DNA of 47,097 bases, taken from positions 3,604 to 50,700 of the forward strand of contig DAIRCY010000006.1 in the NCBI GenBank assembly GCA_036796435.1. The letters run 5' to 3'. The notes beneath the pieces were generated by a model, which saw only the letters and a list, made by a program, of their open reading frames with translations, ran no database searches and had not been told where the DNA came from. This DNA is from Acidimicrobiales bacterium (lineage in GTDB: Bacteria; Actinomycetota; Acidimicrobiia; Acidimicrobiales; RAAP-2). The translations under genes were made by a program, and so were the position numbers. How positions within the stretch are numbered: position 1 is the stretch's first letter; each line of letters begins with the position of its first letter. This document shows positions 1 to 7,852 of the stretch, piece after piece.

Positions 1-388
1 AGAGCCGGCCGTCCTGGTTGAACAGCCTGGCGTGCACGGTGGAGCTGTAGATGTCATAGGTCGTCGCGATCCCGCAGCCGGGCGATCTGCCGATCGTCAC
101 CTCGTCGTCGATGTCGAAGCGCTGGCCGGTCCGGTCCAGGGGCTCGACGACCTCGAGGTGGAGCGGCCCCTTGCCGCCCCGTCTGGCCGGTGGCCCTGGC
201 GCTACCCGTGGCTCGACGGCGGCACGCGGGTTCCCTCTGCCTTGTCTCGGCCCCGCCGGGCGCACCTCGACCCAGACGGCACGGATCACGCGGAGAAAGA
301 AGAGAAAGATGAGCGCGATCACGCACCACTGCACGAGCCGGACCGCGCCGGAGTAGCCCGTGGACGCGACCAGCGCGTGGGACACCAC
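1..388 (-). CDS. fhaB: FHA-domain membrane protein (FhaB/FipA-like); its C-terminal part runs off the left window edge
   Basis: Not in the ORF track because there is no stop inside the window. My own minus-strand translation from GTG at 388 gives VVSHALVASTGYSGAVRLVQWCVIALIFLFFLRVIRAVWV (one TM helix). It continues ...QRFDIDDEVTIGRSPGCGIATTYDIYSSTVHARLFNQDGRL (FHA core) and stays open to position 1. It starts 11 nt after the fhaA-like stop on the same strand. Confidence 0.7.
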   Translation of the reverse strand, partial: MVSHALVASTGYSGAVRLVQWCVIALIFLFFLRVIRAVWVEVRPAGPRQGRGNPRAAVEPRVAPGPPARRGGKGPLHLEVVEPLDRTGQRFDIDDEVTIGRSPGCGIATTYDIYSSTVHARLFNQDGRL

Positions 389-399
389 GTCTGCCGGGC

Positions 400-1056
400 T
401 CACGAGAGCTCGAACACCAGCGTCGATGACCCCACGGTGATCTCGTCACCGCTGACGAGCTGCTGCTCGCGCACCGGCACGCCGTTGACCCTCGTGCCGT
501 TGGTGGAGCCGAGGTCGGTCACCACCACCCCGTCGGCGGTGCGCCGGAATTCGGCGTGACGCCGGCTCACGTTCGGGTCGTTCAGGACGACGTCGCACTC
601 GGGAAGGCGGCCGAGGGTCATCGGCCCATCGCCGAGCGCCACGTGGCTGCCGTCGGGAAGGACCAGTTCGGCATAGGGGCCTTCCTCGGGCCCCTCCACC
701 ACCTCGGCCGTAACCACGAACCTGCCGGGGCGCAGGCGCGACCCCTCGTAGACCTGGACGTCCACGGGTCCGACGAAGGAGTAGCCCTCGATCCGGGCGT
801 GCTCGCGGGCGGCGTCGGCGAGCTCTCTCGAGAGGGCGTCGATGAAGTTGGCGAAGCGGTCCACGTCGGCAGGCGCGAGCGTCACGGTGAAGGAATTCGG
901 CGCGATGAGGCCATGCACCCCCACCCGACGGTGAAGGTCCATCTCCCGCGTCAAACGCCGGCCGATCTCGATCGGCTGCAGACTGCTGCGGAACGGCTTC
1001 GACAACGTGCCCTCCACCAGGCGCTCGAGTCGCTCCTCGAACTGCTGGAGTCCCAT
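400..1056 (-). CDS. fhaA: FhaA-like protein (N-terminal DUF3662-type domain plus C-terminal FHA domain)
   Basis: ORF 400..1068. N-terminus MGLQQFEERLERLVEG. C-terminal FHA core MTLGRLPECDVVLNDPNVSRRHAEF...VTDLGSTNGTRVNG. I prefer ATG at 1056 over the TTG at 1068. The neighbourhood (fhaB downstream, divergent tRNA-Leu) matches the mycobacterial fhaA locus. Confidence 0.85.
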   Translation of the reverse strand: MGLQQFEERLERLVEGTLSKPFRSSLQPIEIGRRLTREMDLHRRVGVHGLIAPNSFTVTLAPADVDRFANFIDALSRELADAAREHARIEGYSFVGPVDVQVYEGSRLRPGRFVVTAEVVEGPEEGPYAELVLPDGSHVALGDGPMTLGRLPECDVVLNDPNVSRRHAEFRRTADGVVVTDLGSTNGTRVNGVPVREQQLVSGDEITVGSSTLVFELS

Positions 1057-1363
1057 AGGTCCGCCCAATCCTACCGATAGGTCGTCCGGGCCCCCGGGCG
1101 AGGGGGGCGCTCACCATTGGCACTGTCGCCCAGGTGCCGTGTCGGGTCCTGCCCCGGCCTGCGGGGCGGCCGAAACGGCGCAGGGATGCTACCCGCACTG
1201 CGGAATTTTCAGACAGCGCCCCCACCCGAGCTGCTCGGCGGCCGGTGGCGGGCGGAAAGGCGCGTCGCCTCTCGAGCGAGGCGGGTCCCTCTGCCAGGCA
1301 CCCATGCGACCAGGACGCCAGGAGTGCCTTCCCGACCCTCGACTACGCTGGCACCCGCACTCG

Positions 1364-1447
1364 GGGCGAGTGGCGGAATAGGCAGACGCGCAGGATTCAG
1401 GTTCCTGTGTCCGAAAGGATGTGGGGGTTCAAGTCCCCCCTCGCCCA
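1364..1447 (+). tRNA. tRNA-Leu, anticodon CAG, class II (long variable arm), CCA not encoded
   Basis: Hand-folded cloverleaf. Acceptor stem GGGCGAG/CTCGCCC. Anticodon stem CAGGA/TCCTG with loop TTCAGGT (CAG at 1398-1400). Variable arm 1408-1421. T arm GGGGG-TTCAAGT-CCCCC. Discriminator A at 1447. Confidence 0.9.
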
Positions 1448-1500
1448 CCCACTCAAAAGTGGACCCCAGCCCCCACACACCTCTTCCCCCTCGCCCACCC
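1436..1500 (+). repeat. 15-nt perfect direct repeat of the tRNA-Leu 3' end (ccccctcgcccaccc) at 1436-1450 and 1486-1500
   Basis: Read directly from the sequence. The first copy covers the last 12 nt of the tRNA plus 3 nt. The second copy lies exactly 50 bp downstream. Confidence 0.85.
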
Positions 1501-1815
1501 TGGGTCGCCGGTGGCGAAGGTGTCCGTGTCGGGACGGAAGTCACTCAGCCGTCCCGGCGACGGGGGGCGAGTGGGTGCCTGTCTCTCCTGTGGCAGAAGG
1601 GGAAGCCCGACGAAGAGGCCTCCCGACGCGTTGCCCGGCAGCGGGCCGCCGGCCACCGTCGTGTGTCCGTTGAAGAAGGTGTCGGGAACAGGGCTGGGCG
1701 CCCACCCATCCCGGACGCGCGGCGGATCACTCCTCGATGCGGTGATGTCAGGTGGCGGCCCCGAGAGCACCCCGCGCCGCCAGCCCTGTGCCGACTGCAG
1801 CTGTGCCGACGGCGG

Positions 1816-2589
1816 TCAGCCGTCGATGGTGCGCATGGTGGCGGCGATCTCTTCCGCAGCTGCTTTCACCAGCCCCACGGTGTCGTCGAGGCGAGCGGCG
1901 TCGAGGCGATACTGGGGCGTCACGACGGAGAGCCCGGCGATCACGTGATCACGGCGTCCGAAGATCGGCGCGGCAATGCCGACTACCCCCTGGTCGCGCT
2001 CGCCGTAGGTGACTACGTATCCGTTCCGACGGATCTCGCCCAGGCAGGCTCGCAGTGCCCGCGGATCGGTGATCGTGTTGTCGGTGAATCGCTCGAGTGG
2101 TTCGGATCCGACCACGCGCTCGAGCTCGTCTTCATCGAGCCACGCCAAGGTCACGCGCGCAGAGGCGCCAGCGTGGACGGGTAGGACATGGCCTCGTTCG
2201 TAGGAGAGGCGAAGATTGCGCGAGCTCTCCTCGCGTTCCAGGCAGACCACCCGGTTCCCCGAGCGCCGCGTCAGCAGGACGGTCTCGCCGGTCGCGTCGA
2301 CCAGTCGCCGCATGACCGGTGCGGCCACCTCTGAGAGGCCCAGGCCTTGTCGGGCGATGCGGGCGAGCTGCAAGATGCGCGGACCGAGCCGGAACCCCGC
2401 GGGATCCTCCTCGAGGAGCCCGGCATCGCGCAGGCTCTGGAGGTAGCGGTACGTGGTGCTGCGCGACATCCCGAGCTTGCCCGCCACCTCGGACGCGGAT
2501 AGGACGGGCCGACCCCCGTCGTACAGGAGCAGCAGCTGGATCGTCCGGTCCGCCGTCACATTGCGCTGCGCCCTCGTGGGTGCGCTCAT
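1816..2589 (-). CDS. IclR-family transcriptional regulator
   Basis: ORF 1816..2670. wHTH segment LSASEVAGKLGMSRSTTYRYLQSLRDAGLL, followed by an IclR effector domain (...GVVGIAAPIF...). I prefer the internal ATG at 2589 (MSAPTRAQ...), which is preceded by AGGAGG. Confidence 0.9.
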   Translation of the reverse strand: MSAPTRAQRNVTADRTIQLLLLYDGGRPVLSASEVAGKLGMSRSTTYRYLQSLRDAGLLEEDPAGFRLGPRILQLARIARQGLGLSEVAAPVMRRLVDATGETVLLTRRSGNRVVCLEREESSRNLRLSYERGHVLPVHAGASARVTLAWLDEDELERVVGSEPLERFTDNTITDPRALRACLGEIRRNGYVVTYGERDQGVVGIAAPIFGRRDHVIAGLSVVTPQYRLDAARLDDTVGLVKAAAEEIAATMRTIDG

Positions 2590-2679
2590 CGGACGCCTCC
2601 TGGTCGGCTTCTTGTCACGATCGGCCGCTCGAGGGCCGTGCTCGTGCCGGCACGGGGGCCCCGCTGTCAACTCGCGAGA

Positions 2680-2699
2680 CCGTACTTCTCATAATACGG
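2680..2699. promoter_or_regulatory. Inverted repeat CCGTA-N10-TACGG around an AT-rich core (cttctcataa); possible IclR operator or -10 region
   Basis: Seen in the divergent region between the IclR gene and the GrdB-like gene. The minus strand reads TATTAT and the plus strand reads CATAAT inside the spacer. Confidence 0.3.
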
Positions 2700-2890
2700 G
2701 AATCATGGACCGGGCTCAGGACCTGCGTGCCACCGGTGAGGAGGGTGAGGGAGGGTCACCGCAACGTCCGGACTGCCGACCCGTTCGAGGAAGCCCGGCC
2801 CCAGCTCCACGAATCGGCAACCCGATCTGCGTCACGCGAACCCCACTCTCGGCGATGGCTCCCTCCCGCGTTGGGGCCGACCGCAGCCCC

Positions 2891-2919
2891 TTGACGCTTC
2901 ACTTCAGATCCCCTAATAT
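2891..2919 (+). promoter_or_regulatory. Near-consensus sigma70/sigA-type promoter: TTGACG, 17 nt spacer, TAATAT
   Basis: TTGACG at 2891-2896 and TAATAT at 2914-2919 with an exact 17-nt spacer. It lies about 125 nt upstream of the ATG at 3047. Confidence 0.45.
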
Positions 2920-3046
2920 GAGACGCAGTACCCGCATTTCGAGACAGTCCTGCTGGGCTGCGCTGTGAGCACACCACGTGAGCCAACTTCTCTTTTGACG
3001 TCGGCTCGGATCCCGCGATTGTGCTCGCTTGAAAGGACTTCACTGG

Positions 3047-3961
3047 ATGGTGTTTCGGTACACGGAGTGGATGCGGAGTTTGGCGGGCGAGGACCGGTAC
3101 CCGGGTTTACCGAATTTCGATCCTCCTGAGAGGGTCGTAACTCTGCGTAAACCCCTAAGAGAGTGCACCGTAGCTATCCTGACTAGTGCTGGCGTGCAGC
3201 CAACGACAGATGCGACCCAGTTCACGTCCCAGTTCGCCTACGATCCTCCGCAACACTTTGACCATTCGTACCGCTATATCCCTCGAGAGACCCCCCTCTC
3301 CGAGCTTGTCGTCAAACATACGTCCCCATCACGCGTCTGGGCCGAGCAGGACCTGAACGTCGTTTACCCCCGAGATCCGTTGGTGGAACTCGAAAGGCAA
3401 GGCGTTATCGGCAGGTTGGCTAAACGAGCAGTCTCATTTCTAGGAAATTCTTTTCAATTTAGCGACATGATAAGTCAAATTGTACCGAGCATCGTCCCGG
3501 GACTTCAGGAAGACGAAGTTGACCTCGCGTTGCTCATCCCCCTCTGACCAACCTGCCATCGGTCCGTGGGACTGATCGCGAGAGCAATAGAAGCTAGGGG
3601 GATCCCAACCGTCATGATGCACACGTTGCTCGAGATGGCTGAGGCCTTCAAGCCTCCGCGTCCCGTCTTCCTGGACTTTCCAATCGGGTGCTCAGCGGGT
3701 CGCCCTAATGACCTGGATTCCCAAGTAAGTGTGCTGCGAGCAGCGCTCGAATTCGCTCCGAAACTTGGAGTGCCTTGGAACGTCGGAAAGTTGCCATTCC
3801 AATGGTCAGCAGACGGAAGCCGGGACTGGGAGGAGCAGGTGCGCAAGCTATACATAGCTTCTGGCAGACCCGACCAGTTTCGGGATAAGAGCCCTGAGAG
3901 ATGGAGCGAAGGTAGCCTGCAGGGTAAAGAGCGGGAGTTTACGATTCGTTGTGCCTGCTAA
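3047..3961 (+). CDS. GrdB/PrdB-family (glycine/sarcosine/betaine/D-proline reductase protein B-like) protein with one in-frame TGA at 3545-3547. Candidate selenoprotein; alternatively a Cys-to-stop pseudogene.
   Basis: Track ORFs 3029..3547 and 3566..3961 are in the same frame, separated only by the TGA. The joined reading is ...VDLALLIPL-U-PTCHRSVGLIARAIEARGIPTVMMHT...PPRPVFLDFPIGCSAGRP.... That gives a U-x-x-C redox motif followed by the G.IAR.IE..GIPTV segment I associate with this family. The ATG at 3047 is preceded by GAAAGGA; TTG at 3029 is an alternative start. Confidence 0.7.
3554..3580 (+). promoter_or_regulatory. SECIS-like stem-loop immediately downstream of the in-frame UGA
   Basis: An 8-bp stem, 3558-3565 (AUCGGUCC) paired with 3569-3576 (GGACUGAU), including one G-U pair. 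The apical loop is GUG (3566-3568). A 3-bp lower extension (3554-3556 with 3578-3580) follows a 1x1 mismatch. The loop begins 18 nt after the UGA. Confidence 0.45.
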
Positions 3962-4249
3962 TGCGGTTTACACATCGACAGCTAGTATGCCGGGCCAGTC
4001 GACTCCGCCGCGGTTGGCTCTGGGACATCGGCGTCGCCAATACTCCCCGGGCTTCTTCAGTGATCTTCGTACGGGGCTTGTGGGTCCCAAGTAGCGAGTG
4101 ATCCGAGCTGTGGGACATAGGGTCCATCGGACCTGTGCAGGGGGGATCTCGGGCTCGCTTGGGCGCCGTGCGGCATGAGCGTGGATGTCAAGGTCGATCC
4201 CGGCTGTGCTCTCTTCCCCGCCTGCGTCTAGCGAGGGGAGGCGCGGACC

Positions 4250-5062
4250 GTGACCGAGCGGACTGGTCCTCTCCGGGAGCGCCGCTGGCGGGACCGAGCC
4301 TTTCGGTTGGGGAAGGGCCTCGTCGGCGTGGCGGGTGCCATTGGGATCTGGGAGCTGCTCGTGGTGAGCGGCGTCCTTCCCGAGAAGGCCGCACCGTCAT
4401 TTGGCTCGATCGTGGTGGCCGCGGTCACGGACCTGGGCAATGGCTCGCTCCTCGGGGCGGTCGGCGTCACGATGCTGGCCTGGGCCATCGGCCTCGCCAT
4501 CGCGACCGTGCTCGGCGTGATCCTGGGGGCGCTCATCGGCGTGTCGCAGTGGGTGGCGGGGGTCCTTCGCCTACTCGTGCGGTTCCTCCGTCCGGTGCCG
4601 TCGGTCGCGCTCATCCCGGTCGCCGTCTTGGTCGCGGGCCTCTCACTGAAGATGACGCTCATCCTGGTGGTCTTTGCCAGCGTGTGGCCGATCCTCTTCA
4701 ACACTGCCTACGGCATCCGAGAGGTCCCGCAGCTCTACAAGGACACCGGGAGAGCGATGGGCCTGTCCTCCGGCGGAGTGCTCACCCGGATCACCCTGCC
4801 CGCCGCGCTGCCGTCGGTCGCGACGGGCCTACGCGTCTCGGCTGCGATCGCCTTGGTGGTAGTCATCGCTGCCGAGCTCATCACCGGAAATGCCGGGATC
4901 GGGCGGTTCATACTCCAAGAGAGGCTCGGCGCGCAGTACTCCGACGCCTATGCCGCCGTGCTCGTCGGCGGACTGCTCGGCTATCTCATCAACGGCATCG
5001 CCACCGGCGCCGAGCGGCGCCTGTTGTTCTGGAGCGCCGAGTACCGGCAGGCGGCAGCGTGA
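4250..5062 (+). CDS. ABC transporter permease, NitT/TauT (SsuC/TauC-like) family
   Basis: ORF 4250..5062. Multi-TM protein with an EAA-type loop FNTAYGIREVPQLYKDTGRAMG. The GTG start is preceded by GAGGGGAGG. Confidence 0.9.
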   Translation: MTERTGPLRERRWRDRAFRLGKGLVGVAGAIGIWELLVVSGVLPEKAAPSFGSIVVAAVTDLGNGSLLGAVGVTMLAWAIGLAIATVLGVILGALIGVSQWVAGVLRLLVRFLRPVPSVALIPVAVLVAGLSLKMTLILVVFASVWPILFNTAYGIREVPQLYKDTGRAMGLSSGGVLTRITLPAALPSVATGLRVSAAIALVVVIAAELITGNAGIGRFILQERLGAQYSDAYAAVLVGGLLGYLINGIATGAERRLLFWSAEYRQAAA

Positions 5063-5958
5063 AGCCCCTCGATGGCCAGGCGAGCGGACGGACGGCCGAG
5101 GCGCCGGTATCGCGGCCGGGGGTTGCAGCCGGTGCAGCGCCCGCGCCGCGCGGACAGGCGCGCGGCGGACTCCCGAAGCGCCGGCTCTCGACGAGGCTCG
5201 GCCTTCGGTTGGTCGGCTGGCTCTCTTTCGCTGCGGCAGTAGGGCTCTGGCAGGCATGGGCATCAGCAGCGCACGTGCAGTCCGTCGCGACCTTCTCGAG
5301 CGCAATGAGAGCGCTCGGGACGGTGCTGACGGGCTCCGAGCTCCGCACGGACGTGCTCCCGTCCATCTACCAGGTGCTGATCGGCTTCGCGATCGCTTCC
5401 ATCGCCGGCGTTGTCCTCGGCCTCGTCATCGGGACGTTTCGCTTCCTCGATCCCTGGGTGCGCCCAGTCATCGAATTCATGCGCGCCGTCCCACCGCCGC
5501 TCATCATCCCGGTCGCCACGCTGATCATCGGCATCTCGGGGAACCTCGTGGTGGCCGTCATCGTGTTCGGCGCACTGTGGCCCGTGCTGCTCAACACGAC
5601 CGATGGGGCCCGACGCGTGGAGCCTGTCTACCTCGACACGGCGAAGGCGCTCCATATCCCGCCCTGGAAGGTCCTCGGCTCGATCATCCTCCCGGCCAGC
5701 TCCCCGATGATCATGGCTGGGCTCCGGGTCGCCCTGAGCACGTCCCTCATCATGATGGTCCTCGCCGAGATGCTGGCCTCGAGCAGTGGCATCGGTTACC
5801 TCATCCTCACTTCGCAGCAGACGTTCACAATTCCCGTCACCTACGGCGGTGTCGTGCTTCTGGGAATCATCGGGTGGCTCTTCGATGGGGTCTTCCTTTT
5901 GGTCGAGCATCGCGCGCTGCGCTGGAACAGCGACTATGCAGGGGGAACCGGTGTTTGA
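5059..5958 (+). CDS. Second ABC transporter permease, NitT/TauT family (paralog of the previous gene)
   Basis: This is the C-terminal 299 codons of ORF 4135..5958. Loop LLNTTDGARRVEPVYLDTAKALH. GTG at 5059 overlaps the upstream stop (GTGA). The exact start is uncertain because the N-terminus is long and low-complexity. Confidence 0.8.
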   Translation: MKPLDGQASGRTAEAPVSRPGVAAGAAPAPRGQARGGLPKRRLSTRLGLRLVGWLSFAAAVGLWQAWASAAHVQSVATFSSAMRALGTVLTGSELRTDVLPSIYQVLIGFAIASIAGVVLGLVIGTFRFLDPWVRPVIEFMRAVPPPLIIPVATLIIGISGNLVVAVIVFGALWPVLLNTTDGARRVEPVYLDTAKALHIPPWKVLGSIILPASSPMIMAGLRVALSTSLIMMVLAEMLASSSGIGYLILTSQQTFTIPVTYGGVVLLGIIGWLFDGVFLLVEHRALRWNSDYAGGTGV

Positions 5959-6754
5959 CGGAGCCACGCTCGAGTGCGACAAGGTCCAGAAGACCTTCTT
6001 GCTGAAGGACCGGACCCCGCGGCGGGTTATCGACGATCTGACCTTGCGCGTCGAAGCCGGCGAGTTCGCCGTCATCCTGGGACCGTCGGGGTGCGGGAAG
6101 ACCACGCTGTTGCGCATATTCAGCGGGCTCCTCCGTCCGGACGCGGGCGCCGTTTACGTACGTGGTGAGGAGGTCCGCAGCGTCCCGCGGGACGTCGCGG
6201 TCGTATTCCAGGAGTACAACAAGAGCCTCTTTCCGTGGCTGACGCTCGACCGGAACGTCCGCTTCGCGCTTCAGGGACTGCCGAAGGAGGTGGCGAAGGA
6301 GCGCGCGCGGAAGGCGCTCGCGCAGGTCGGACTGGCCGAGTCGGCGCATCAGTACCCCTGGCAGGTGTCCGGAGGGATGCAGCAGCGGACGGCCATCGCC
6401 AGGGCGCTCGCCTGCGAGGCCAAGCTCGTCATAATGGACGAGCCATTCGCATCGGTCGACGCGCTGACCCGGATCCAGCTCGAGCAGATGATGCTCGACA
6501 TCTGGAGCAGGGTCGGGTTCTCCGTCGTCTTCGTGACGCACGACATCGAGGAGGCGGTCTTCCTGGCCGACCGCATCTTCGTCCTCTCGGGTCGCCCGAC
6601 CTCTGTCAAGGAGGAGATCGTCGTGGACTTGCCGCGTCCGAGGGACCCGCTGGCCACCAAGGCGCTCCCGAAATTCCAGGAGCTGCGGGAAGAGGTGTTC
6701 AAGCTCATCGACAAAAGTCAGATGGAGGATAACCAGGACAGGCTGCTTGGGTGA
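5936..6754 (+). CDS. ABC transporter ATP-binding protein (NitT/TauT type)
   Basis: Internal ATG of ORF 5786..6754. Walker A GPSGCGKTT, signature VSGGMQQR, Walker B LVIMDEPF. Confidence 0.92.
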   Translation: MQGEPVFDGATLECDKVQKTFLLKDRTPRRVIDDLTLRVEAGEFAVILGPSGCGKTTLLRIFSGLLRPDAGAVYVRGEEVRSVPRDVAVVFQEYNKSLFPWLTLDRNVRFALQGLPKEVAKERARKALAQVGLAESAHQYPWQVSGGMQQRTAIARALACEAKLVIMDEPFASVDALTRIQLEQMMLDIWSRVGFSVVFVTHDIEEAVFLADRIFVLSGRPTSVKEEIVVDLPRPRDPLATKALPKFQELREEVFKLIDKSQMEDNQDRLLG

Positions 6755-6845
6755 GAAGGCTCGTGATCGAGACAGAAGACGTTGACCGATTGTCCGGCGT
6801 TGTACACCGGTACGGCTCCAAACGAGGAGAGGAGAAGGTGAACCT

Positions 6846-7847
6846 GTGATGAGGCACTACCGCTTGAGAATGGGACTCGTGGGATTGGCGGTGAGCGGAC
6901 TATCCCTCGCCACCGTAGGGAGCAGCCCGGCGTGGGCGTCGACCAAGAGCGCGAAGTCGACGGCGCGCACGACGACCAAGATAACGGTCGGGATTCTCCC
7001 GGTCGCAGATGCCGGCGGCTACTACACCGCCGTCAAGAGAGGGTTCTTCAAGAAGCGTCATCTCGACGTGGTTTCCGCCACAATCGCCGGTGGAGCCGCC
7101 CTTGTACCTGCGCTCGAGTCGGGTGCGATGCAGGTCGGCTTCTCCAACCTCGTGTCCGTCCTGGAATCAGGCGAGCACAACTTCGGAATGGAGTGCCTCG
7201 CCGGCACGTTGAAGAAGCCGCCAGTCGGACACAACTTGTCGATCGTCGTCTCCCCGAAGGACGCGTCGACAATCAAGAGCGCCAAGCAGCTCGACGGCAA
7301 AACGATTGCCGTCAACACCTTGGGCAATGTGCTCCAGCTTCTCGCCGAGAACTGGATCGCAACTCACGGAGGCACATACAAGTCGGTGCACTTCGTCGCC
7401 ATGACATTCCCGGACATGCCGGCTGCGATAGCCAAGGGAACCGTCGACGCCGCGGTCGTCGACGAGCCTTTCACCACAATCTCGATCCATGGTGGCGCGA
7501 AGATCCTTTCGGCCCGGCCATATCAGGTCATCACAAAGGAGCCCGTCTTCAGCTGCTGGCTCGCCAGCAAGAAGTGGGTGAACGCGCACAAGGCCGCGGC
7601 ACGTGCCTTTGTGGCAGCACTCAAGCAGTCCGACCGCTACATCGGCAAGCACCCAAATTACCTGCGGACCATCCTGCCTACATTCACCAAGATTCCGGCC
7701 GCATTGGCGAAGACCCTCACATTGCCGATCATCTCCACCCAGATCACAACGAAGATCTTGAAGAAGTGGGAGAGGGTTGCGCTGCATTTCGGAATGTTGA
7801 CGAAGAGGGTCAACGTGAACTCCCTTATCGCGCACCTCGGAAAGTGA
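6846..7847 (+). CDS. ABC transporter substrate-binding protein, NMT1/THI5 (SsuA/TauA-like) fold, secreted
   Basis: ORF 6846..7847. Signal peptide ...LVGLAVSGLSLATVGSSPAWAS. GGAGAGGAGAAGG lies upstream. Start is GTG 6846 or ATG 6849. G+C is visibly lower than in the neighbours. Confidence 0.8.
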   Translation: MMRHYRLRMGLVGLAVSGLSLATVGSSPAWASTKSAKSTARTTTKITVGILPVADAGGYYTAVKRGFFKKRHLDVVSATIAGGAALVPALESGAMQVGFSNLVSVLESGEHNFGMECLAGTLKKPPVGHNLSIVVSPKDASTIKSAKQLDGKTIAVNTLGNVLQLLAENWIATHGGTYKSVHFVAMTFPDMPAAIAKGTVDAAVVDEPFTTISIHGGAKILSARPYQVITKEPVFSCWLASKKWVNAHKAAARAFVAALKQSDRYIGKHPNYLRTILPTFTKIPAALAKTLTLPIISTQITTKILKKWERVALHFGMLTKRVNVNSLIAHLGK

Positions 7848-7852
7848 GCACG

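Noticed and set aside
32-559. ORFs 32..559 (+), 54..449 (-) and 111..356 (+) at the left edge
   Set aside because: They overlap the open minus-strand frame that encodes a convincing TM plus FHA protein, and they have no features of their own.
1531-1555. Hairpin GGGACGG-11 nt-CCGTCCC downstream of tRNA-Leu as an intrinsic terminator
   Set aside because: It has no following U-tract and lies about 85 nt past the tRNA end. It may be structural, but I cannot support a terminator call.
2700-2890. Possible glycine riboswitch, tested on both strands because of the GrdB-family gene nearby
   Set aside because: There are only vague similarities (cgccgagagtgggg against the CCGAAGGGGCAA core). The conserved GGAGAG, ACCGAAGG and CUCAGGCAA elements are not present in order, and the better partial match is on the wrong strand for the GrdB-like gene.
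3545-3547. Alternative explanation: TGA reassigned as a sense codon (genetic code 4 or 25)
   Set aside because: Many well-supported genes in the window terminate at TGA, including overlap junctions (ATGA or GTGA at 5059-5062, 11163-11166, 12191-12194, 17941-17944, 39012-39015 and 40445-40448). TGA is therefore a normal stop here.
3962-4249. Searched the 288-nt spacer after the GrdB-like gene for a tRNA-Sec (selC) or another small RNA
   Set aside because: A CTTCAGT string exists, but the flanking bases do not form an anticodon stem and no cloverleaf can be drawn on either strand. No convincing promoter or terminator was found either.
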